From the human T2T-CHM13v2.0 reference genome, Homo sapiens: a stretch of 64,000 nucleotides of DNA. Shown here piece by piece: positions 27,051 to 40,119 of this stretch (positions within the stretch are counted from its first letter, which is position 1; each line of letters opens with the position of its first letter). The stretch lies in the NCBI RefSeq assembly GCF_009914755.1, contig NC_060933.1, one strand, 5' to 3'. The position numbers and the translations under genes were made by a program. The notes under the pieces were generated by a model. The model saw nothing but the letters and a program-made list of their open reading frames with translations. It did no database searches and had not been told where the DNA came from.

Positions 27051-28579
27051 ATTATTTACAACCCTAAGAAGTTTGTAGTTCATTATGCAATTTTTTTTGA
27101 CAAACATTATTGAAATTAAAATGTGTATTGCCTAAAGGAAGAAAACATTCAGAAAAGAGCCATGTTGAATAATTCAAAGCTAAGCACTCTGGGTAACTGA
27201 AATTTCACTGTATTATTTTAGTTTTGTTCTTCATAGATTTCAACACTTCAGACTATTCTGAGATTCCTAATTCATTATACAAGGTTTATAGAATATGTGA
27301 GATTCTCAAGCACTAGAGAAATACAATTATTCCTATGAATGTGTCTAGTTTCTCAATCATAGGAAGGAGGTGGAATATTTAAAAATTGGTGCATTGGTAT
27401 AGCAGTAACTATAGACACATATTTGAGTTCAGTCTTTCAGTTTTATCATTGATATCACAGACATAGATTCCTAAACTTTTTGTGTTAAACTTGTACTTCA
27501 TGTCAATAACAAGTTTTCAGCATGTTTGTTTTTTCACAACTATACCAAACCATAAAAAGAGGAGAAAGAATGATGATTATATTACCCGGGAAAGAAAATA
27601 GGACCAATTCAACTCAATGCATAATATGGAGTTGAGAAATAGATCTGATGTTTAAAAGTTAATAAAATTTAAGAATATAACATTGTTCTTATTACTGTGC
27701 CCCAGCTGAAGTTAGATATTTTCTATAAGAACATTTTGCAGAAAGAACATTTTAACTAGAGATGTAGTAAAGGTGTACAATGCAATTGAGTAAGAATTAT
27801 AATAAATCAAGCAAAAAATTAGTTCAAATAATGGTGTAACATATGCTCTGTCCAAATTAATGCTCAGTGCTAAAATTTTACATTGTATATTTTCTACTTT
27901 TTTAATTTTCCATTGCCCTTGGTGCTTTGATTCGAATCCAGTTTTGTATATGCAAATTTGGTTATAATTTGCCTAGTAGGATGTCTTTTCTAACTCTTCT
28001 AGAAGGTCAGTAACATTAATTACTTTGTAAATGAATAATCTAGCAGCACTCAAAGGGTTCTCAAAGTAAATACATTTACCATGTCATGAATTTTAGCCTT
28101 GAACCTGCATTGACTAACAAGCAGAAAAATATATAGTTATGGATTATAACCTCAAATTACCAGCTTTTTACATGGGCCTGGCTGGTGACAGAGGCTCAAC
28201 CAGTTGGCATCAGCCAGCCTCTGTCTGCAAACTATATGTGGGATCAACAGCAAAGGCTCTTCTTACCAGTGCTAATCAAACTGCTGTTAATTTCAAATAT
28301 TTAATTTTCTAGCAACTGAGATCAGTGATGAGTTCCCAGAATGGAACCATCCATTGAGGAGACCAATCAGTACCCTTAAATTCTATGAAATTGTTTGAGT
28401 TGTGTATGCTGTCATTTCAGCAAAGAACTCATCCTAAGGACTGATAAACTGGACTCCAGCAAATATTGTTCTGGATATAAACGTGGTAATCCTCAGGATT
28501 GTCAATAGCCAGAGCAACATGTAGAAAGTTGGTAATTCATGTTTACTGACAATGTTCTCTTTTTCTCTTTTAGATTATT

Positions 28580-30170
28580 TAGCCAAGCTATCTGTCACTG
28601 CCCATGAGTTTGTATGTACACTAACCATTGGCCACTTCTCTTCCCACTCTGCCTGAAACTTTGCCCATATCAGTAATCTTTCCAATTTGCTGTCTTTCAA
28701 AGCTATCCCTGTTTGGGGATGATTTGGAACAGCCGTAATTTTTTGGTTTATCTACATAGTAAGCCAACTCATCCTTTTCCTTTTCAGTCAGCTGAGAGCC
28801 CCTATGGGATCACACAAAGGAGTGATGAAAGAGAGAGGCGTAGGTCAAAGAGAGGTGGATAATATGAAGGTCTGAGTCACCACCTTGTACCACTTATTTG
28901 TGCTCTCCAGTCCAGTTCATACCCAATCCTCCACTTCCATCTTTCTATGGATTGTTGCTGGGCTTGAAGATCTTCTGACTTGATAAGTATGTTAGAATTC
29001 AGTTAATGATGGGCAGTTGTGGCCTTACAGTCACTTGATAATCATAGCTAAATCCTTCATCTTTATTGGAGCCCAATATTATTGCAGAAACTATTTTTCA
29101 ATTGATATATAATTTTTCACTGACAATGGCAAATTCTTGCACCAAAATCCAAATAGTGTACATAGCGCTTCTTTTATTGGGGTTTCTCTTAACTCCACAT
29201 GGCATCTTTTCTTCCCACAAATATCATCAATGTTACATTGTCTTGATCATATGACCCAAACAGCAGGGCCTCCTGAACTGCAACCTGGACATGCTTCATA
29301 ATCCTTTTCCACTCTTGTCCCTACTCAAATTCGGCAGCTTTCCATTGCCATTTAATATATCAGAGGTAGTGGTAAATCCAGGAGTTGAATATGTTGCCTT
29401 TGGAACACAATGAAACCCACTGGGCATTATATGCTTCCTTCTTCATGGAAAGTAATGTGAGATGCAATGGTTAGTCTTTTACTTTCAAGAGTATGTCATA
29501 GAATGTCTCAGACCAATTGACCCCTAAATAGTTTACTAATGTGGTGAGCCTCTTAAGCTTAATAGAATTAATCTCCCACCTTCTAAGGCATATGTGTCTC
29601 AACAATAGCCTCAACCTATTGGCTACTTCTTGATCCTCTGGCCCAATTAGCATAGTGACATCAATATAGGCACCAGTGTCATGTTGTATGAGATGCCCAA
29701 ACAGCCCAGATCACTTCAGACTATTATGACAGTAGGTGGGAGAGTTACTATAACCCTGGGGCCTATAAGACCATAAATGTGTATTCTTCTCTTCTAAGTG
29801 AACATGAACTGTTTCTGATCTCTTTATGGATAAGATGGAAAAGAAGCATTCATTTGTTCAATGGCCACATACCATGTTCCTGAGGCCATGTTAATCTGTT
29901 CTAGTAAAAGTATTATATTTTGTTAGTACTGAGTTTATGATAGTCCATTGATTTACAGTAGTCTACTGTTTTCCTTCAGAGTTCATCTAGATTTTAAATG
30001 AGCCATACTGGAAAAATAAATGGGAATATGAGGGGTTCCACTACCCATGTATCCTTTTGTTTTATAGCTTTATGTCCTTAGGATAAAATATTGTATGATT
30101 TCCCATTCCTCTGGCTGGGATGAGAGCCTCTTTACATGCTACTAAGCAGGGCTTCTGGCTTTTATGCTCA
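28580..30170 (-). pseudogene. pol: Decayed ERV-L-class pol (RT, RNase H) internal fragment
   Basis: Minus-strand translation gives RKTVDYCK, LLEQINMASGTWYVAI, PQGYSNSPTYCHN, YIDVTMLIGPEDQEVA...WEINSIK, GFWCKNLP, QVTVRPQLPIIN and WPMVSVHTNSWAV, colinear with ERV-L Pol; many stops and frameshifts. Confidence 0.9.
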
Positions 30171-30337
30171 GTATTTAATTGCTGATTAAACACTCCCTGC
30201 TTTTTATAGCTTTTTCCAAAACATTAATCATGCTTAACACCAGCCACCCAATTTCACTCTTCTTATAGTTATTATTATCCATTCCCTGCCCCCTCACATC
30301 CACAGATTTCCCAAATACTTGATAGATTGCCCCTTGC

Positions 30338-30865
30338 ATGGTAGCTAGATATCAAAGCGGTCTCCCAGCAAAACACATATCTCAGTATTCACACCCTTGT
30401 GTAGTCCTTTTCCCTGGAATCTGGATTGGTCCCATGACTTGCTTTTGACCAATAAAATACAATGGGAGTGTTGCTACATAGCTTTAGATGTAAGGCTATA
30501 AGAAGCTTTTTATCTTCTGCCTGGGTGTCTCAGAATACTTGCTCTTAGATCATTCTCTGATCCTGGATTTCACGTCACAAGAAGCCCAAACCACAAGCAG
30601 AGACCACATTCCCTCAGAAACCACTTCAAAGCCCCAACTGAGCTCCCAGCCAACAGAGCGTATCAACTGCCAGCCAGGTGAGTGAGCCACCTTAAACATC
30701 TAGCCCAACTGAACTGTCAGATGTTTGCAGTTGCAATCAACACCAGAGAGCGACAGTATGGGAGCTCCTAAATTATAACTGTCCAGCTAAGCCCAGGTAA
30801 CCAAACAACCCTGTTTTAAAACATAAAATTTGGGGTAGTTTGTTAAACAACAGTAATTAAAACAA
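30338..30865 (+). mobile_element. MLT1G/H-type MaLR solo LTR
   Basis: GTATTCACACCCTTGTGTAGTCC...GACTTGCTTTTGACCAATAAAAT...GAGCTCCCAGCCAACAG...TTTGGGGTAGTTTGTTA. Confidence 0.8.
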
Positions 30866-30884
30866 CTGGCATATTCTTCCTTAT

Positions 30885-31180
30885 TCAAGACAAAAGACCA
30901 TAAGATATAATTCCATTTATATGAAATGTCTAGAGTAGACAAATCTACAAAGACAAAAATTAGATTAGTAGCTATCTAGGTTAGAAGATAGTGGTGGGAA
31001 GTGATAGATAATGGGCATGGGCATTTTTATGAGGTGATAAAAATGTGCTAAAATTGATTGTCACAATACTTGCAGAGAATTGTGAATATACTAAAAATCA
31101 TTCAATTGTACACTACAAATATGTAAATTTTGACATGTGAATGTTAATTATATTTCAGGACAGCCATTACTTAAAAAAAA
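30885..31180 (+). mobile_element. L1MB-type 3'UTR fragment
   Basis: ATTCCATTTATATGAAATGTCTAGAGTAGACAAATCT...GTGAATATACTAAAAATCATT. Confidence 0.75.
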
Positions 31181-31571
31181 TTAGACTGAAAAAAATTAGG
31201 ACTTCTGCTTTCAGCTCCAACACATGAACAGCTTGGAAGTCATCACTACCACTCTCACAACAACAAAAAAACTGAACAAACTGCAAACTAATGACTTTTC
31301 TCAACCATTCTCAAACCACAACCCCCAAATCTTCAGAGACAGGATAATACAGAAAATCACAGTCAAAATCAGCTTCCTAGGAGCAGAGAAGTTCCTGAAG
31401 GCAGTAACTGATAGAAATAATTAAATGGTAATTTTGATAAATTGTTGAAGAGTGAGCATAGGCTAGCTTGAGAGTTAAAAATTCTAGGGATATTTTCCTT
31501 TGGAACTTGGAATTTTCAAGCTAGATTACACTCAGCCTTTAGCAATTCATCAAAATTACTATTTAAGTGTT

Positions 31572-31850
31572 TGTCTTCGTCTGTTCAGGCTACTGTTACA
31601 AACTGCCATAAACTGTGTGGCTTATAAACAACAGAAATTTATTTCTCACAGTTCCAGGGGCCAGAGAGTCCAATGTCAAGGTGCTGGCATTTATAGTTTC
31701 TGGGCCCCCTTTCTGGTTCATAGACAACCACCTTCTTGCTGAGTCCTCTTATGGCAAAAGGAGCGAGTGAGCTCTCTGGGGCATCTTTTACAAGGGCACT
31801 AATCCCGTTTATAAAGACTCTGAATGAAGGGACACATTCAGTCTATATCA
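31572..31850 (-). mobile_element. MLT1A/MST-type MaLR LTR, internally deleted
   Basis: CCATAAACTGTGTGGCTTATAAACAACAGAAATTTATTTCTCACAGTTC...AAGGGCACTAATCCC. Confidence 0.75.
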
Positions 31851-31874
31851 GCATTCCTATAAGTTACTGCCTCT

Positions 31875-32062
31875 GGGAGGAGGAGGAAATGATGAGTTGC
31901 TAATCAATGGATATGGTTTCAGTTATACAAGATAAATAAGTTCTAGAAATCTGCTATAAAACATCATACCTATAGTTATCAAGACATATTGTACAATTAA
32001 ATCTTTGTTAAGAGAATAGATCTAATGTTAAGTGCTCTAACCACAATAAGATGAAATTTAAA
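31875..32062 (+). mobile_element. L1MA/L1MB extreme 3' end fragment
   Basis: GTTTCAGTTATACAAGATAAATAAGTTCTAGAAATCTGCT...AGATCTAATGTTAAGTG. Confidence 0.7.
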
Positions 32063-33121
32063 ATTTGGCAAAGGTAAACTTTTAAAATTCATTTATAGGT
32101 ATATCTTTCAGGTGCATTTCTTATTCACGTCTTTTGTCCTAATTTTGATTGAAATTGTTGTTTTCTTGTGCTCTTTATATATCAATACTATTAATTACTA
32201 TATCATAGGTGTTGTGAATATGTTTCCTAATTGATCCAATGCTGTTAAACTTAAAAAAAAAAATCTGAGCAGTTCAGTCTTGTGTGGAATCTCCATGCTT
32301 TTGCGAATTTTACCTCCAGGAATCCCACTAGGCCCTCAAAGTGAAAATATGAGAAAAAACAGCCTTCTGTCTTAGGCAGGAGGAATGCAAAAGTAAAGCA
32401 TTTTGAAATATATTCAGAGGTTTTCCATAAGAAAGGCTTGTCGTCTGTCAAAAACCATTAAATACCAGAGCCAACTCTAGCCTTTATGTCTAGAGAGGAA
32501 AAAAAAAAAAAAAACCAGATTAAGAAATCTATTGGAAAGTTACAGCCCAGGAACTAAAGCCCAGTAAAAACTGACATAATTATAAGATTATGGAATGTTT
32601 TCCTCTCCAAGATCATCACATCAGCAGGGCTTCAGTATAAGGATGGTAGATTAAAATCAAGAGACCTTAAAGACATAGGCTCTATTTAAAAATTCTTAGG
32701 AACACAAAGAAAGCAGGGAATGAAAGAAATAAGAAACTGATGGAGCCTAAATCCTCTATTACATTCATCTATAGCAACATGAAAAACAGGCAAGCTCCTG
32801 GATAGATTAATATAAAGCTTCACACTAAATGCCTAGTTACCTCAGTTGCTATTATCTGATCCATAATGTCCAGCTTCCAACAAAAAATGACAAGGCATGT
32901 GAAAAGGCAAGAAAAACTCAGTCTGAAGAGACAATGCAAGCATCAAAACCAGACTCAGATATAACACAGATTGTGTAATTATTAGAGAAGTACTCTTTAA
33001 AAACTGTGATAAATATTTTAAGGACTCTAATGGAAAGATATGACAACATGAAAGAACAGATGAACAGAAAAAAAATTAAAAGTCTTAAGAATCAAAAAGA
33101 AATGTAAAAAAGCAAAAGCAG

Positions 33122-33589
33122 CACACGTATGTTTATTGCAGCACTGTTCACAATAGCAAAGACTTGGAGCCAACCCAAATGCCTATCAATGATAGACTAG
33201 ATAAAGAAAATGTGGCACATATACACCGTGGAATACTACGTAGCCTTGAAAAAGGATGAGTTCATGTCCTTTGCAGGGACATGGATGAAGCTGGCAACCA
33301 TCATTCTCAGCAAACTAACACAGGAACAGAAAACCAAACACCACATGTACTCACTCATAAGTGGGAATTGAACAATTAGAACACATGGACAAAGGGAGGG
33401 GAGCATCACACACTGGGGCCTGTTGAGGGGTCAGGGGCTAGGGGAGGGACAGCATTAGAAGAAATACCTAATGTAGATGATGGGTTGCTGGGTGCAGCAA
33501 ACCACCATAGCACATGTATACCTATGTAACAAACCTGCACGTTCTGCACATGTATCCCAAAATTTAAAGTATATTAATAAAAAAGCAGC
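33122..33589 (+). mobile_element. 5'-truncated L1PA7-like 3' end
   Basis: CAAACTAACACAGGAACAGAAAACCAAAC and GGGCTAGGGGAGGG diagnostics; 16-bp TSD AAAAAAGCAAAAGCAG at 33106-33121 and 33590-33605. Confidence 0.9.
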
Positions 33590-35215
33590 AAAAAAGCAAA
33601 AGCAGTATAACAAAAATGAACACCTATTTCAATATACTGAACACAGCCAAGAAAAGAATAAATGATTTTAAAGATATATCAATAGTAACTTTCCAAAGTG
33701 AATTTTAAAATGAAAAAAAAAATTAAAGGAACAGAATATCCAAAAGCTATGGGGCAATAGAAAAAAGGTATAACATGTCTGTAATTGGAAAAGAGGAGGA
33801 GAGAGAAAGAAGAAAAAAAAATTTAAAGTAATACAAGCTGAGACTTTTCAAAAATGAATGATATACATCAAACCACAGATCTGAGAAGCTCAGAAAAATC
33901 CAATCAGGATAAACAGAAGAAAAAAAAAACCTATACCTAGGAATATCATATTCAAACTTCAGAAAAACCAAAGAAAAGGAGAATGTCTTGAAAGAAGTAA
34001 GAAGGGGAGGGAATAAGCATTTTACCTATTAGATGGTCAAGGAAAATAATTGCACTTGACTTCTTGTCGAAAAACATGAAAGCAAGAAAAGAGCAGAGTG
34101 AAATATTTACAGTGTTGAAAGAAAGACAAACACCAACCTAGAAATCTATATCTAGTGAAATTATCCATCAAAAGTAAGAGGGAAATAAAAATTTTCTCAA
34201 ACAAAAGCTGAGAGAATTTATCATCAATATACCTCCCCAACAAGAAAATATTAAAATCCTGAGGGAGAAGGGAAATGACACAGGTCTGAAACTTGGATCC
34301 ACATGAAGGAAAAGCATAAGAAAAGAAATAAGTAAAAGTAAAATAGATTCCTTTTTTCTTCTTGTTAATCCATCTAACAGATAATCGTTAGTTCGAAGCA
34401 AAAATAACAATAATGTATTGGGTGATTATAGCATATGGATAAGTGAAATGAAAGACAACAACATTATAAGGGTAGGGAGGGAGGAACTAGGAATGCTCTA
34501 TTACAAGGTGCCTGCACTGCCCCTCACATGTTACTTGCAAGTGAATTTAGATTCGTTTTAAATGTACTTTGCAAACTCTAGTGCAACCACATAAAAGTAT
34601 TAAAAAGAAGTAGAATTAATATGCCATGAAGATATAATCAAGGCATATAAAATGCTCAATCGAAACCAGAGAAGGCAGAAAAAGAGGGAAGATAAAAAAG
34701 AAACAAGTGAAATGAACAGATAACACTTACAAACATGGTACATATTAATACAACTCTGTGAAACATATTAATACAACTCTGTGAACAATCACTTTATGTT
34801 TTAATACTGGTCTAAATATTACCAATTAAAAGATGGAGTCTAGCTTTAAATATGAAGACACAGGCAGATTAAAAGTAAAGGAATATATAAAAAACCACGT
34901 TAACACTAACAAAAAGAAAGCTAGGGTAGCTATATTAATCTCAGACAAAGAAAACTTCAGAGTGAGGAAAATTGTGGTGTACAAAGAAGGGTATTACATA
35001 AATGACAAAGGTGTTAATTCTCCAAAGTATAACAGTTCTTAATGTGCATGTACTTAACAACAGAGCATCAAAATACGTAAGGCAAAAACTGATAGAAATG
35101 CAAGGAGAAAGAGATGAATTCACTGCGATAGTTGGAGACTTCAACACCTTTCTGTCAATGATTGACAGATTTAGAAGTTAGAAAACGAGTAGGGATAGAG
35201 TTGACCTGAACTTGA

Positions 35216-35586
<371 letters not shown>

Positions 35587-37256
35587 CACAAGTTATTCTT
35601 AAGCTCACATGGAAACATTCACCAAGATAGACCACATTCTGGATTTCATAAGTTTAAAAGAATAGAAACTATACAAACCTTAACAAATTTAAAAGAATGG
35701 ATACTATACAAAGCATGTTATCAGACCACAATGGAATTAAACTAGAGGTCAATAAAAATTATCAGGAAAATTCAAAAATATTTGGCTGTTATACAACATA
35801 CTTCTCCATAACGTAGGGATTGAAGAGGAAATCTTAAGAGAATTTTTGACAGATTTTGAACTAAATAAAAATGAAAATACAACTTATCAAAATTTGTGGG
35901 ATGCAGCAAAAGCAGTGATTAGAGGGAAATTTATAGTATTCATTGCATATATTAAAAAAGAAGAAAGATCTAAAATCAATAAACTCCCACATTAGAAAAT
36001 GAGACAAAAAGAACAATCTAAACCTAAAACAAGCAATAATAAGAATTATAGCAGTAGCCAATAAAATTTAAAATGTGAAATCACTAGAAAATACATCAAT
36101 GAAACCAAATTTGGTGGGTTTTTATTTGTTTTGTTCTTCTTTTTAAATCAATCAAATAGACAAAATTCCAGCTAGGCTATCCAGTAAAAACTTGGAGAAG
36201 AAATAAATAAATTATTAATACCAGAAATGAAAGAATGGTTATCACTACTGGTCATATGAACAGTAAAAAGATTATAAAGGAATATTATGAAAAACACCAT
36301 CTATAAATTTGATGACAGATGAAATGAACTAATTTTTTGGATACACAAACTATCAAAACTTATAAGAGAAATAAGTAATCTGCATAGGCCTATATCTATA
36401 AAAGAAACTGAATCAATAATTAATAACCTGTCAATAATGACTGCACAGGCTCAAATGGTTGTACTGATTAATTCTACTAATTTAAGGAAGAAATTATACC
36501 AACTTTATACATGCTCTTTCAGACTATCAAAGTAGAATTAACACATTTTACTCATTCTATGAGGCCAGAATTACCCTAATAATAAAACCAAAGACATTAC
36601 AGGAAGGGAAAACCACAGACTAGTATTTCTCATGAACATAGATACAAAATTTCTAAACAAAATATTAGCAAATCTAATCCAACAGTTTATAAAATAGTGT
36701 ATAATTATACATTATAACCAAGTGGAATTTATTCAAGCTATGCAAGGACTGGTTGAACATTTGAAAATCAATTAATATAATCTATCACATCAAGACTCAG
36801 GCTAAATGAGAAAAATCAGTATGTCAATAACTCTAATGTTTATATGGAAGGACAAAAGACCTAGAATAGCCAACATAAAACAGAAGAAGAGGAGGAGGAG
36901 CCAAGTAGGAAGACTGAGAATACTCGACTTCAATACTTTCTATGCTACAATAATTAAGCCAGTGTGATGAGAAAGAATAGACAAATAGGTCAATGCAACA
37001 AAATAGAAAGCCCAGAAATGGACCTACACATACCAAGTCAACTAATCTTTCTCAAAGGAACAAAAGCAATTCAATGGAGAAATGATAGTCTTTCAAATAA
37101 ATGGTACTTGAAAAGTTGTGCATCCATATGTTAAGAAAATGAATAAAGACAAAGACCTTATTCCTTACATAATAATAAACTCAAAATGGATCATATACCT
37201 GAATTTAAAATTCAAAACTATGAAACCTCTAAGAAATAACACGAGAAAATCCAGTT

Positions 37257-37656
37257 TGTCAGGCCTCTGAGCCCAAGCTAAGACATCATATCCCCTGTGA
37301 CCTGCACGTACACATCCAGATGGCCGGTTCCTGCCTTAACTGATGATATTCCACCACAAAAGAAGTGAAAATGGCCTGTTCCTGCCTTAACTGTTGTCAT
37401 TATCTTGTATAATTCCTTCTCCTGGCTCATCCTGGCTCAAAAGCTCCCCTACTGAGCACCTTGTGACCCCCACTCCTGTCCGCCAGAGAACAACCCCCCT
37501 TTTTCCTTTACCTACCCAAATCCTATAAAACGGCCCCACCCCTATCTCCCTTTGCTGACTCTCTGGACTCAGCCCGCCTGCACCTAGGTGAAATAAACAG
37601 CTTTATTGCTCACACAAAGCCTGTTTGGTGGTCTCTTCACATGGACACGAGTGAAA
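37257..37656 (+). promoter_or_regulatory. HERV-H 5' LTR7 (400 bp)
   Basis: TGTCAGGCCTCTGAGCCCAAGCTAAG...GAGTGAAA; TATAAAA 37524-37530 followed by a GC/GT box; AATAAA 37592-37597. Confidence 0.95.
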
Positions 37657-37658
37657 TT

Positions 37659-37676
37659 TGGTGCCGTGACTTGGAT
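37659..37676 (+). other. Primer binding site for tRNA-His
   Basis: TGGTGCCGTGACTTGGAT, one mismatch to the canonical TGGTGCCGTGACTCGGAT. Confidence 0.93.
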
Positions 37677-38499
37677 CAGGGGACCTCCCTTGGGAGATCA
37701 ATCCCCTGTCCTCCTGTTCTTTGCTCCATGAGAAAGATCCACCTACGACCTCAGTCTTAAGACCGACCAGCTCAAGAAACATCTCACCAATTTCCAGTCC
37801 CGTAAGTGGCCTCTTTTTACTCTCTTCTCCAACCTCCCTCACTATCCCTCAACCTCTTTCTCCTTTCAATCTTGGTGCCACACTTCAATCTCTCCCTTCT
37901 CTTAATTTTAATTCCTTTCATTTTCTGGTAGAGACAAAGGAGACAAGTTTTATCCGTGGACCCAAAACTCCAGCGCCAGTCACGGACTAGGGAAGGCAGC
38001 CTTCCTTTGGTGTTTAATCATTGCAGGGATGCCTCTGATTATTCAACCAGGTCTCAGAGGTGTCAGACCACACAGGGACGCCTGCCTTGGTCCTTCACCC
38101 TTAGCAGCAAGTCCCGCTTTTCTGGGGAGGAGCAAGAACCCCTCAACCCCTTCTCCTTCAGCCTTAGCGGCAAGTCCCACTTTTCTGGGGGAGGGGCAGG
38201 AACCCCAACCTCTTATCTCTGCGCCCTGATCCCTTATTTCCGTGCCCCAACCTCTTATCCCTGTGCCCCAATCCCTTATTTCCACGCCCCGACCTCTTAT
38301 CTCTGTGCCCCAACCCCTTATCTCCATGCCTCAACCCCTTCTCTGCATTTCTGGAAGGCAAGAACCCCCCCACCCCTTCTCCGTGTCTCTACTATCTTTT
38401 CTCTGGGCTTGCCTCCTTCACTATAGGCAAGCTTCCACCTTGCATTCCTCCTTCTTCTCCCTTAGCCTGTGTTCTTAAGAACTTAAAACCTCTTCAACT

Positions 38500-39641
38500 C
38501 TCACCGGACCTAAAATCTAAGTGTCTTACTTTCTTCTGCAATGCTGCTTGACCCCAATACAAACTCGACAGTAGTTCCAAATAGCCGGAAAACGGCACTT
38601 TCAATTTTTTCATCCTATAAGATCTAAATAATTCTTGTTGTAAAACAGGCAAACGGTCTGAGGTGCCTGATGTCCAGGCATTCTTTTACACGTTGCTCCC
38701 TCCCTAGTCTCTCCTATGCAACTCATCCCAAATCGTCCTTCTTTCCCTCCCACCTGTCCCCTCAGTCCCAACCTCAAGCATTGCTGAGTCTTTCTAATCT
38801 TCCTTTTCTACAGACCCATCTGACCTCTCCCCTTCTCATCAGGCCGAGCTAGGTCCCAATTCTTCCTCAGCCTCCACTCCTCCACCCTATAATCCTTTTA
38901 TCATCTCCCCTCCTCACACCTGGTCCGGCTTACAGTTTCATTCCGTAACTAGCCCTCCCCCACCTGCCCAGCAATTTACTCTTAAAAAGATGGCTGGAGC
39001 TAAAGGCATAGTCAAGGTTAATGCTCCTTTTTCTTTATCCCAAATCAGATAGCGTTTAGGCTCTTTTTCGTCAAATATAAAAATCCAGCCCAGTTCATGG
39101 CTCGTTTGGCAGCAACCCTGAGATGCTTTACAGCCCTAGAACCTAAAAGGTCAAAAGGCAGTCTTATTCTCAATATACATTTTGTTACCCAATCTGCTCC
39201 TGACATTAAATGAAACTCCAAAAATTAAATTCTGGCCATCAAACCCCACAACAGGACTTAATTAACCTCGCCTTCAAGATGTACAATAATAGAATAGAGG
39301 CAGCCAAATAACAACATATTTCTGAGTTGCAATTCCTTGCCTCCACTGTGAGACAAACCCCAGCCACATCTCCAGCACACAAGAACTTCCAAACGCCTAA
39401 ACCGCAGTGGCCAGGCGTTCCTCCAGAACCGCCTCCCCCAGGAGCTTGCTACAAGTGCCAGAAATCTGGCCACCAGGCCAAGGAATGCCCACAGCCCAGG
39501 ATTCCTCCTAAGCTGTGTCCCATCTGTGCAGGACCCCACTGGAAATCAGACTGTTCAACTCACCTGGCAGCCACTCCCAGAGCTCCTGGAACTCTGGCCC
39601 AAGGCTCTCTGACTGACTCCTTCCCCAATCTTCTCAGGTAA
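38500..39641 (+). pseudogene. gag: HERV-H gag relic including nucleocapsid zinc knuckles
   Basis: ORF 39327-39641 contains CYKCQKSGHQAKEC and CPICAGPHWKSDC; upstream frame broken, start approximate. Confidence 0.88.
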
Positions 39642-39699
39642 GCAGCTGAAGACTGACGCTGCCCGATTGCCTCGGAAGCCCCGTAGACCATCACGGACG

Positions 39700-39947
39700 C
39701 CGAGCTTTAGGTAACTCTCACAGTAGAGGGTAAGTCCGTCCCCTTGTTAATCAATACGGAGGCTACCCACTCCACATTACCTTCTTTTCAAGGGCCTGTT
39801 TCCCTTGACTCCATAACTGTTGTGGGTATTGACAGCCAGGCTTCTAAACCTCTTAAAACTCCCCAACTCTGGTGCCAACTTAGACAATACTCTTTTAAGC
39901 ACTCCTTTTTAGTTATCCGCACCTGCCCAGTTCCCTTATTAGGCTGA
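39700..39947 (+). pseudogene. pro: HERV-H protease relic
   Basis: LINTEATHSTL (degenerate DTGA active site) ... CPVPLLG followed by a stop. Confidence 0.88.
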
Positions 39948-40119
39948 GACACTTTAACTAAATTATCTGCTTCCCTGACTATTCCTGGACTACAGCTACA
40001 TCTCATTGCCGCCCTTCTTCCCAATCCAAAGCCTCCTTTGCATCCTCCTCTTGTATCCTCCCACCTTAACCCACAAGTATAAGATACCTCTACTCCCTCC
40101 TTGTGACTGATCATGCACC

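Noticed and set aside
34740-34785. Perfect 23-bp tandem duplication inside L1
   Set aside because: An ordinary slippage duplication with no functional implication.
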